This document shows, in pieces, positions 1-8,361 of a stretch of 64,000 bases of DNA. The DNA comes from Promethearchaeota archaeon (GTDB lineage Archaea > Asgardarchaeota > Lokiarchaeia > Sigyniarchaeales > SOKP01): contig JAEOSU010000048.1 of assembly GCA_016840165.1 (NCBI GenBank), positions 1 through 64,000 on the forward strand. Direction: 5' to 3'. The position numbers and the translations under genes are program-made. The stretch's first letter is position 1. The number at the start of each line of letters is the position of its first letter. The notes under the pieces are model-generated. The model was given only the letters and a program-made list of their open reading frames with translations. It did no database searches and was not told where the DNA came from.

Positions 1-44
1 AATACCATTGCGGTGAATGTGGCTTGGAGTGGCGCGAAAAATAA
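1..44 (+). CDS. 3' end of a zinc-ribbon protein (partial, ...YHCGECGLEWREK*)
   Basis: Hand translation from base 3 gives YHCGECGLEWREK-stop; the CxxC knuckle resembles the C-terminus of ORF 7934..8275; an AT/T-rich tract follows. Confidence 0.55.
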   Translation, partial: YHCGECGLEWREK

Positions 45-119
45 TATAAAACGAAAATTATTTATTTATTTTTCTATTTTTTTAGAATAAACGTCTGAAT
101 ATTCCTTAAAAAATACATT

Positions 120-1352
120 TTAAGACTTGTTTAAGTCTCGTCTTAAGAGCTTAACTTTCTTCTTTAATTCTACTATTTCATCATCTTTCTTCTCAAGTTC
201 GGAGGTTATTTTAAGCTTTTCATCTTTTATTTTTTGCATTTCAGTTAAAATTCTATCTTCAATTTGCTCTGATTCGAATAGCTTATCTTTTAGTTGCTTT
301 TGTGAAGTTGCTAATTCCTTAATTTCTTTCCTTTGATCCTCATTGATATTTCTCAAATTCGCTAATTCTAATTCAAATTTTCCCGTTATGTTTCCCGATT
401 TTTGTTGTGATTCTTCGAGTTTCTCTTCCATTCGCTTCACAAATTCCTCATTAGTTTTAATTTTTTGAGTCAATTTTTCAACTTCCAACACCAATTCTTT
501 TATACGTTCTTCCTTTTTGTTAAGATCTTTCTTCATTAAGCTAAAAGTTTCTATTTGGGATTGTAATTCATTGGTTTTTTGATTTGATTTTTCAGTAGCA
601 TTTTGAAGTTCAAAAATAATTTTTTCTTTTTCGGTTAAGAGCTCATCTTTTTTATCGACCAATACCTGTAATTTGTCAAATTTTGATTTTTGGATGGTAT
701 CTTTTTGAAGATATTCAATTTGAGCGGAGAGTTCCTTAATTTTCTCATCTTTTTGCTGTATTTTCTGTGCCATCTCATTACTAGTAGATTGTTGTTGTTT
801 TAAATCATCTATAGTCTTATTTAGTTCATCGATGGTTTGAGAGGAATCTTTAAGAGAACTATTTAGTTGTGCTATATTTTCTAGTTGATTTTGGATTAGT
901 GATTCTTTTTCTTTAAGCTGTAATGCTAGAGCTTCATTTTCTTTTGTTTTAGTCTCTATAAAATTTTGTAGATCGGTAATATTTTGAGTTTGTAGTTCCT
1001 CATTTTGGACTGTTTGCTCTAAATCTTTAATCATATCATCTTTTTGTACAATGCTCTGAAGGAGATTTTCAATAGTATCATTGTTCTTTTCTGTTCCTGA
1101 TTGTAATTTTTCTTTTTCATGAAGAAGATTTTCTTTTTCACTCGTAATTTCCTCTATTTCCTTTTTTAAGTTAAGAATCTCATCATTTAATTGTTTATTT
1201 TGTTCAATGAAGAAATTCAATTGCTCTGATAGATCATCTTCCTCTTTGAGAGGTTGCTCCTCTTCGTCCGATTCTTCGATCCACCCAAGAGTGCTAAGTG
1301 CGTCAGTGATTGATTCGTCTTGCTCCTTACGATTGCGATGTTCTTCAGACAT
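120..1352 (-). CDS. Long coiled-coil protein (410 aa)
   Basis: E/K/Q/L-rich heptad pattern along almost the whole length; no enzymatic motif. Confidence 0.8.
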   Translation of the reverse strand: MSEEHRNRKEQDESITDALSTLGWIEESDEEEQPLKEEDDLSEQLNFFIEQNKQLNDEILNLKKEIEEITSEKENLLHEKEKLQSGTEKNNDTIENLLQSIVQKDDMIKDLEQTVQNEELQTQNITDLQNFIETKTKENEALALQLKEKESLIQNQLENIAQLNSSLKDSSQTIDELNKTIDDLKQQQSTSNEMAQKIQQKDEKIKELSAQIEYLQKDTIQKSKFDKLQVLVDKKDELLTEKEKIIFELQNATEKSNQKTNELQSQIETFSLMKKDLNKKEERIKELVLEVEKLTQKIKTNEEFVKRMEEKLEESQQKSGNITGKFELELANLRNINEDQRKEIKELATSQKQLKDKLFESEQIEDRILTEMQKIKDEKLKITSELEKKDDEIVELKKKVKLLRRDLNKS

Positions 1353-1465
1353 AATATTAAAGACGCGTTTAGTTCTATTAAATTTTACTAATTATAATAA
1401 AATTAGTATACAAAATAATTATTGCTCTAATCATTTCTCTTATAGAGTTTTAATAAAGAAAGGCT

Positions 1466-1951
1466 TTAATAATATCGATTAAACACATATTTCCTATCCA
1501 AAAAGAACTTTGTTATATATCCGATTGAGAGAGCAATAACAAAGCTAAGTTCTAATGGAAATCCTAAAAAATTGGTCAATATGAATTGAATCCCAATATT
1601 TTCTATTGTCGTGAAAATCGCAAAAATCAGGTACTTCAGAAATTCTCTTGATGTCTCTTTTAGTTTAGAGCCCTTCTTTTTAAAAACAATGTATTTATCT
1701 AAGAAGAATTTTATTATATAGGTAATTCCCACCGCTAATATGGAGCCTATTAATTCCGGCATATTAAAGGGATTTGTGGAGCAATAGAGAAGTTGGATAA
1801 TATCAATAGATCCCAAAGAATTACAGATAACAGGATAAAAAATGATCTGGTTCATTTTTTGTATAATATAATTTAAAATAATCATACAAATTGCAAAAAT
1901 AAAATAAAGGATCATTTGTGTTTTGATATCTTCTTTCTCTATCGTAATCAT
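1466..1951 (-). CDS. GtrA-family (flippase-like) membrane protein
   Basis: Four hydrophobic segments and two repeats of KFFLD(K/R)..VF typical of GtrA; ATG at 1951 preferred over the ORF-track start at 1978. Confidence 0.75.
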   Translation of the reverse strand: MITIEKEDIKTQMILYFIFAICMIILNYIIQKMNQIIFYPVICNSLGSIDIIQLLYCSTNPFNMPELIGSILAVGITYIIKFFLDKYIVFKKKGSKLKETSREFLKYLIFAIFTTIENIGIQFILTNFLGFPLELSFVIALSIGYITKFFLDRKYVFNRYY

Positions 1952-1956
1952 CCCAT

Positions 1957-2265
1957 TTAAGTTAATTTTGCCCCGCAAGATTCACAAAAACGTAAGTTAT
2001 TATGGGGAATTTCAGCACCACATATATTGCATACTCTTTTTTCGTGGATAATTGATGACTTTTCTTGAAGGGGGATATTAATTTCATTTTGAGAGTTCTG
2101 CTCAATTTGTTGCTGAGTTCTTTCTCTTCGATTTGAAGATCGACAAGAATATTGTAAAATGTAAACGAACGGAATAAATAAAAGCTCACCGAGAATAGGG
2201 AGGAAGAATAGGCTAATAATTAATAAGACAATTGATATTGCAAGAATAATGTATTGTTTTTTCAT
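1957..2265 (-). CDS. Small membrane protein with C-terminal zinc ribbon
   Basis: N-terminal hydrophobic hairpin; CNICG...FCESCG zinc ribbon. Confidence 0.75.
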   Translation of the reverse strand: MKKQYIILAISIVLLIISLFFLPILGELLFIPFVYILQYSCRSSNRRERTQQQIEQNSQNEINIPLQEKSSIIHEKRVCNICGAEIPHNNLRFCESCGAKLT

Positions 2266-2300
2266 ATGATGTCAATTAGTTGTTTTCAATAGTTCAAGAT

Positions 2301-2837
2301 TTATGATATTTCAACAATTAAAGGGGTTTCATTAAAACTTATCTTGTTAGAATAGAATTTGATTAATCCTATCTTGTTTAGTTTCCATGGATCATCATTT
2401 TCTTTCTTATATTTATAAAGTTTTTTTAATAAGTAATAAAGAAGCGAGAAAGTAATAGAAAAGATCAGATATACTGAAAACCAGCCACTATTATTTAGGA
2501 TTGTGAATGGAAGCAACCCTGTATTATAGTCTGCATAAATAAATCCGATCACGTAAAAAATAACTAAAAACAAGATTAATCGCAGACATTGAGGGAGAAA
2601 TTGCTTGCTCATCATCTGCCTAGTTAATTGCATTGACTCATGCTGTAGTTGTCGCATCATCTGGTAATCTCCAAGAGATTGAGCCGTTCGCATTCTTTCT
2701 TGTAAATTTCTAGCTTCTTCTTGAATTTCTTTGGCAGCTTCAGGGTTAATTCCTAAAATCTTGTTTAAAATTATTCCAAGCGCCACCATACCAACAGTTA
2801 TAAATAAAATTTGAAGAATTACTGCTAAATTTGAAAT
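2301..2837 (-). CDS. DUF106 / EMC3-TMCO1 (Oxa1 superfamily) membrane insertase-like protein
   Basis: TM1, Q/M-rich coiled coil (EIQEEARNLQERM...QLQHESMQL...MMSKQFLP), then TM2/TM3 with GWFSVY; start extended from ATG 2789 to ATT 2837/2840 (see findings). Confidence 0.7.
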   Translation of the reverse strand: MSNLAVILQILFITVGMVALGIILNKILGINPEAAKEIQEEARNLQERMRTAQSLGDYQMMRQLQHESMQLTRQMMSKQFLPQCLRLILFLVIFYVIGFIYADYNTGLLPFTILNNSGWFSVYLIFSITFSLLYYLLKKLYKYKKENDDPWKLNKIGLIKFYSNKISFNETPLIVEIS

Positions 2838-2980
2838 AATTTGATCACCAATTCATTAAAAATGGCATTTCAATTAAATTTTGTTATATGGTATATTAAT
2901 TTTCCAAAATAAAAAGGGCGCATATATTCTGAAGTATGTTTCTAAATATCAACATGAACTTTAGAATGCTTGGTCTATAA

Positions 2981-4069
2981 TTATTTAAGATTTCCGTTCA
3001 GATATCCTTGAATGTATTTTGAGGCTAACGTTTTCCAAGTTGCTGGCATAGATGAAGCTATCGCACATCCAAGTCTACAATTTGTACAAAATTCGAAATC
3101 ATCATGATTCTGGATTATCTTTCTCACCTCAGATACTTTATATAGTTCTGATATTGGATATTTGAGCGCATTGATGCTAAGAAGAGGATGGATTTTACAT
3201 GGAAAATCAACAAAACCATCATTTCTTATAAAGAGATAAGATTGTGCCACATGGCATCTTAATATTTTTTGATTATAATTCGGAAAACCCCCGAAACCTC
3301 CTTTTTCAATAATCTGCACGCTAAGAGAATCAGTCAATATGTTTTTGTAATTTTTATGTAATAAGCGTATCATATTTGCCCACAATGATAAGGGGGGGAT
3401 TAGATCATCAATATCTTCAATCTTGTATTGTTTATCAGAAAATTCGCGTATGATATTTTCGCAAGGATACAGTTCAATTGAACATTCATGTTGTTCAGCT
3501 AATTCACAGAGTCTATAAAGTTTATTAATATTATCGCGCATAACAACTGTACTAATAATTACTTTAATTCCACGAGCATTCGCATATTCAATCGTTTTAA
3601 GCACTTTATCAAAAATTTTAAGTCCACGCTTTTTATTATGTTGTTCAGCGTCTGGATAATCTAAGGAAAGTAAGATATAGTCTAACCCATCAAGATTCCC
3701 ATTTTCATGAAAGAGTTTGGGCATTAAATAACCATTAGTAGCAATTCCATTCATAAAATCATGCTTTACTCCCGCATGATAGATAAGCTCAGGTAAATCA
3801 TTGCGCAATGTTGGTTCTCCTCCCGTAAAAGATAACGCGTTAACACCTAAATCCGCAAGTTCATCAATAATGTATTTTATTTGTGCCGTCGTCATTTCAT
3901 TAGACTTATAGGAAGAAGGCAATTTTGGAATTGAGCAAAAAGAACATGAAGCATTACACTTTAAAGTCAGCTCTATCTGGGCGCTATATGGTTTTTTTAT
4001 CTTAGTGAATTTATTCAACAGAAAATTCCTAAGATACCTGAAACAGTTTTTTACCCTCATCGGAGGCAT
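2981..4069 (-). CDS. Radical SAM protein with SPASM/twitch-like C-terminal Cys cluster
   Basis: CNASCSFC, FTGGEP and ATNG motifs; C-terminal C..PC..CTNCRLGC; ATG at 4069 follows a GGTGA SD. Confidence 0.85.
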   Translation of the reverse strand: MPPMRVKNCFRYLRNFLLNKFTKIKKPYSAQIELTLKCNASCSFCSIPKLPSSYKSNEMTTAQIKYIIDELADLGVNALSFTGGEPTLRNDLPELIYHAGVKHDFMNGIATNGYLMPKLFHENGNLDGLDYILLSLDYPDAEQHNKKRGLKIFDKVLKTIEYANARGIKVIISTVVMRDNINKLYRLCELAEQHECSIELYPCENIIREFSDKQYKIEDIDDLIPPLSLWANMIRLLHKNYKNILTDSLSVQIIEKGGFGGFPNYNQKILRCHVAQSYLFIRNDGFVDFPCKIHPLLSINALKYPISELYKVSEVRKIIQNHDDFEFCTNCRLGCAIASSMPATWKTLASKYIQGYLNGNLK

Positions 4070-4192
4070 TGTAGTCACCCATAAATCAATAGAACTTATT
4101 GCTATTTGATAATAAGCATTTAAAAATTAATTCACTTAGAAATGCTGTTACATACTAATAAATTATTTCTTATATGAATAATTTATCTTAAT

Positions 4193-6001
4193 ATGGGAAA
4201 AAAGAAGAGCGTTAATTTCTCTGAAAGAAGAGAAAAATTTCTTACTTACCAATATAAAACCTCATTACGTCAAATTTTATCTTATTTATGGGAATATAAA
4301 CGAATTTTTTATACTGTGCTATTTTTTGGAATCCTCCAAAGTATTCTTTTTTTAACCTTTCCTCTTTTTTTAGGTCCAGCAATGGATGTTTTAGTGAATC
4401 CTAGTATTCCACTCGGAAATATTCTCCCCATATTTTTTACAATAATGAGTATTCAAATTTTTGTGGGTATACTCTTTGGTGTTAGGATATATATTAACAG
4501 GTGGATTGGTGCTAATGTTATATATAATTTAAGAAATGATGTATTTCGGACAATTCAGATGATGAGTTTTGAATGGCTTGATAAAAATAAAACAGGAGAG
4601 TTAATTTCAAGGTCAACTAGTGACGTTAATCTGCTTAAGGAATTTCTCGGGAATAATTTTCAATACTTTATTCGGCAGTGTGTGACCTTTTCATTTAGTT
4701 TTGTGATTCTTTTTTTAATAAATATAGAATTAGCTTTTTTCGTTTTGATAATCTCTCCTGCTCTTTTTTATGTATTGTTGATGTTTCGGAGAAAGCTAAG
4801 ACCAGTTTTTAAGCGATCCCGTGAGAAGTATGCCGATCTTACCCATGTAATTCAAGAAAGTGTACAAGGTATAAAGGTAATCAAGTCATTTGGGAGAGAA
4901 TCCTATGAACTGGGTAAATTTTCAAATGAAAATGATAGTTATTTTAAAAAATCCTTACGTATTATTAGGCTTCAAGCGATATTCGACCCAATTATATATC
5001 TTATCGATAATGTAGCCTTTTTAATTGTACTTTTATTAGGAGGTATTCTTGTTCTTGATGGGAACATGACATTTGGAGACTTATTTGCCTTTGTGATGGT
5101 TTTAAATTTTTCTGTGGAACCACTATATTATATATCACGTTTCCTTGGAAATCTACCTCAAATTTCTGAAACGTGCGACAGAGTTGTCTCAATACTTAAT
5201 TCAGAAGTTAAAGTTATAGAAAATAAGAATGCCAAAGAGATGCCTCCCATCAAAGGGGAGATTGAATTCAGAAACGTGAGTTTTAAATATGGTAATGAAA
5301 GTGAACATTATATTTTAAAAAATATCAATTTTAAAATCAGTCCTGGAGAAAATATAGCGATATTAGGACCAACTGGCTCAGGAAAATCTACATTAGTAAA
5401 GCTAATTCCTCGATTTTATGATATTTCTGAAGGAGAAATCTATATTGATGGCATTAATATTAAAGATGTAAGCTTTAAATCATTAAGAAAACAAATTGGA
5501 TACGTTTCTCAAGATAGAATCCTCTTTTCTCGCACAATTAAAGAAAATATTGCTTTTGGAAAAGAAGAACTTGATTTAGAAGATATTAAAAAGGCAGCTA
5601 TTGCCTCAGATATACATCAATTTATAGAAGAAGAACTTAATGATAAATATAATACTGAGGTGAGTGAGAGAGGTACTTCTTTATCTGGAGGCCAAAAACA
5701 ACGAATTTCCATTGCTCGAGCTCTTGCAGTTAAACCAAAAATCTTAATCCTAGATGACGCAACATCATCTGTCGATGTTGATACAGAATATAAGATACAG
5801 CGGCATTTCCAAGAAGTGTTCAAAAATTCCACTACATTCCTAATTACCCAAAGGTTATCCAGCATAAGAAATGCGGATCGCATTATAGTCTTAGAAAATG
5901 GTGAAATCGCTCAGATTGGGACACACGAAGAATTAATGTCTCAAGAAAATGGCATATATAGAAATATGTTTATGACATTGAAAGTGGAGGAGCGAGCATA
6001 A
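4193..6001 (+). CDS. Heterodimeric ABC exporter subunit (TMD+NBD), degenerate Walker B/switch
   Basis: 6-TM domain; GPTGSGKST, LSGGQ, ILILDDA (D for catalytic E), TQRLS (Q for switch H). Confidence 0.93.
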   Translation: MGKKKSVNFSERREKFLTYQYKTSLRQILSYLWEYKRIFYTVLFFGILQSILFLTFPLFLGPAMDVLVNPSIPLGNILPIFFTIMSIQIFVGILFGVRIYINRWIGANVIYNLRNDVFRTIQMMSFEWLDKNKTGELISRSTSDVNLLKEFLGNNFQYFIRQCVTFSFSFVILFLINIELAFFVLIISPALFYVLLMFRRKLRPVFKRSREKYADLTHVIQESVQGIKVIKSFGRESYELGKFSNENDSYFKKSLRIIRLQAIFDPIIYLIDNVAFLIVLLLGGILVLDGNMTFGDLFAFVMVLNFSVEPLYYISRFLGNLPQISETCDRVVSILNSEVKVIENKNAKEMPPIKGEIEFRNVSFKYGNESEHYILKNINFKISPGENIAILGPTGSGKSTLVKLIPRFYDISEGEIYIDGINIKDVSFKSLRKQIGYVSQDRILFSRTIKENIAFGKEELDLEDIKKAAIASDIHQFIEEELNDKYNTEVSERGTSLSGGQKQRISIARALAVKPKILILDDATSSVDVDTEYKIQRHFQEVFKNSTTFLITQRLSSIRNADRIIVLENGEIAQIGTHEELMSQENGIYRNMFMTLKVEERA

Positions 6002-6002
6002 G

Positions 6003-7910
6003 ATGAGATCAAGGAAAGCTAAATTAATTTCCACCGAGGAAGAAAAAAGTAGTAATATAAGTTCTTTAAAAGTCATTAAACAGCTTTTCAGCTTTATTGG
6101 GCAGGCTAATAAAAAGTTAATTTCTATTTTAGTCATAATCATCATTATCAACGTCATTGTGAATTGGTTCACCCCACTAATCTTTGGCGCGTTAGTTGAT
6201 GATGGTTTAGGGGGTGGAATAGGAGCAACTGGAGGTGATATTGAAGTTGTGATAACTTTAGGCACTCTCTTTTTTTTCCTTACGATTATAGGAGTATTGA
6301 CTCGGATTATTCAAGGGTATATTATTTCAAAATTGGCTACATTGACTATGTATTATCTACGTTATGAATTATTCGTGAAATTCCAAGCTCTAGGACTAGA
6401 TTATCATGATACTCCAAAACGAACAACTGGGAAAAAGATAAATTATTTAACAGGAGATGTAAATACTATTCAACAACTAATTCAATCTGGGTTGCTCATT
6501 TCTCTTCCAAATATCTTTTTAGTATTTGGGTCTTTAATTTTTATGATACTTCTTAGTCCAGAACTTACTTTAGTTGCATTTCTAATTGTTCCTGGTTTTT
6601 TTGGAATTGCGGGGGTGTTATTTAGAAAGGCACGAAAATACTATAAAGAGTTAAGAGAGCGAGTAGCGAATGTAACAAGTATTTTAGACGAATCTATCAT
6701 GGGTATGAAAGTGATCCAGTCTTATGCCGTTGAGGATGAAAATTATCAAGAATTTGTTAAGGCTACCGAAAAAGAAAGAAAAACCACAATGAAAACCGCT
6801 AAATTGAATGCATTTATTCCCGGTACAATTATTTTAGTAATTACGTTTGGTATTGGATTGCTCCTTCTCGCATCAGGTACCTTGATACGAGCTGGTTCTT
6901 TAACGCAAGGCACACTAATTTCCTTTATTTTTTATATATTCATGTTTTTTGAACCCTTATTTTCATTAATTAGTTTCGTAACCATGCTCCAAAATTCTAT
7001 TGCTGCGGGAAGAAGAATTATTTCTCTACTAAATGAGGAGGTTTCTATTCTAGAAGATATCAATGCAGTAAAAATCAACGATGTTAAAGCTAAAATCGAA
7101 TATATAGATGTTGGATTTTCTTATGATACTGATAATTTAGTATTAAAAGATATCAATCTAAGAGTAAAAGAAAATGAACGATTAGCTATCGTTGGCTATA
7201 CGGGAGCAGGAAAATCCACATTTATCAAACTTTTAAGCCGGTTTTATGATCCAACAAAAGGCGAAATAAAAATTGACGGAATTAATCTTAAAAAAATTGA
7301 ACTAAAAAGCTTACGGACGCTAATGGGAATTGTATTGCAAGAAAACTTTCTTTTCTCAGGGACTGTCAAGGAAAACATCCAATATGGGAAATTAAATGCA
7401 ACTGACCATGAAATCATTGAAGCCGCCAAAAAAGTAAATGCCCACGAATTTATCACTAATTTAGAAAAGGGTTACGATACGATAGTAGGAGAACGGGGAA
7501 ATAAACTTTCTGAGGGGCAGCGCCAACTGATAGCATTTGCCAGAGCTCTGATTTCTAATCCTCCAATCTTAATTTTGGATGAAGCTACTTCTTCCATCGA
7601 TCCGTATAGTGAATTGCTGATCCAACAAGCATTAGAAACCCTTTTAAAAGGTCGGACTAGCATTTCAATTGCCCATCGTTTATCTACGGTTATTAATTCT
7701 GATCGCATAATTGTTCTTGATAAGGGAAGAATTATCGAAGAGGGATCTCATGAAGAACTAGTTAAAAAAAATGGTCTTTATAACCATCTTTATAAAATGC
7801 AGTTTAAAGATCCCTACAAAAAGGAAGAGATTGACGAAGAACCATTTGAAATTAATGGGATTAATAATAAATTTGATAATGATGATGATAGATTTCCGAG
7901 ATTCTTTTAA
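6003..7910 (+). CDS. Heterodimeric ABC exporter subunit (TMD+NBD), consensus Walker B/switch
   Basis: GYTGAGKST, degenerate signature LSEGQ, ILILDEA, AHRLS; 1 bp after partner; TM287/288-type asymmetry. Confidence 0.93.
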   Translation: MRSRKAKLISTEEEKSSNISSLKVIKQLFSFIGQANKKLISILVIIIIINVIVNWFTPLIFGALVDDGLGGGIGATGGDIEVVITLGTLFFFLTIIGVLTRIIQGYIISKLATLTMYYLRYELFVKFQALGLDYHDTPKRTTGKKINYLTGDVNTIQQLIQSGLLISLPNIFLVFGSLIFMILLSPELTLVAFLIVPGFFGIAGVLFRKARKYYKELRERVANVTSILDESIMGMKVIQSYAVEDENYQEFVKATEKERKTTMKTAKLNAFIPGTIILVITFGIGLLLLASGTLIRAGSLTQGTLISFIFYIFMFFEPLFSLISFVTMLQNSIAAGRRIISLLNEEVSILEDINAVKINDVKAKIEYIDVGFSYDTDNLVLKDINLRVKENERLAIVGYTGAGKSTFIKLLSRFYDPTKGEIKIDGINLKKIELKSLRTLMGIVLQENFLFSGTVKENIQYGKLNATDHEIIEAAKKVNAHEFITNLEKGYDTIVGERGNKLSEGQRQLIAFARALISNPPILILDEATSSIDPYSELLIQQALETLLKGRTSISIAHRLSTVINSDRIIVLDKGRIIEEGSHEELVKKNGLYNHLYKMQFKDPYKKEEIDEEPFEINGINNKFDNDDDRFPRFF

Positions 7911-7933
7911 TAAAAAGGAAAATAATAAAAGTA

Positions 7934-8275
7934 CTACTGAATCTCATATCCACATCGTTTGCAAATATAAATACGCTTATAAATCTTGATTCCTCCCATT
8001 TGGTGTAAAATTTGGTTTTTATCCTCTTCTGAACGAAAATCAGTGCCACCACATTCAGGACAAACTCTTCGCCCCTCAACTGGAGGTCTCTCAAGTGCTT
8101 TTTCTTCCTCTTCTTGTCTTTCAACCACTTCCGATGGCTTTACATAGCTCTCTTTAACAGGAGATTCGCTTAGTGTTTTATCAGAAGCCACAGACGGTGA
8201 ATTACTCATAAGCAAATCTAACTTTTTATTAATATTTTCAAGTAAATTGAGAACTTTATCTTCAAAATCAGTCAA
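7934..8275 (-). CDS. Small zinc-ribbon protein
   Basis: CPECGG...YICKRCG; N-terminal short coiled coil and low-complexity linker; TTG start after AGGAG. Confidence 0.75.
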   Translation of the reverse strand: MTDFEDKVLNLLENINKKLDLLMSNSPSVASDKTLSESPVKESYVKPSEVVERQEEEEKALERPPVEGRRVCPECGGTDFRSEEDKNQILHQMGGIKIYKRIYICKRCGYEIQ

Positions 8276-8361
8276 AATACATATTCTCCTTATTAAATGT
8301 ATATTATATTTACTAAATAATCAAAAATAATAATTATAAATATATGTAAAAGAATAACTGA

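Noticed and set aside
120-1352. SMC/Rad50 or ESCRT assignment for the coiled-coil protein
   Set aside because: No Walker motifs, hinge, zinc hook or Snf7 pattern
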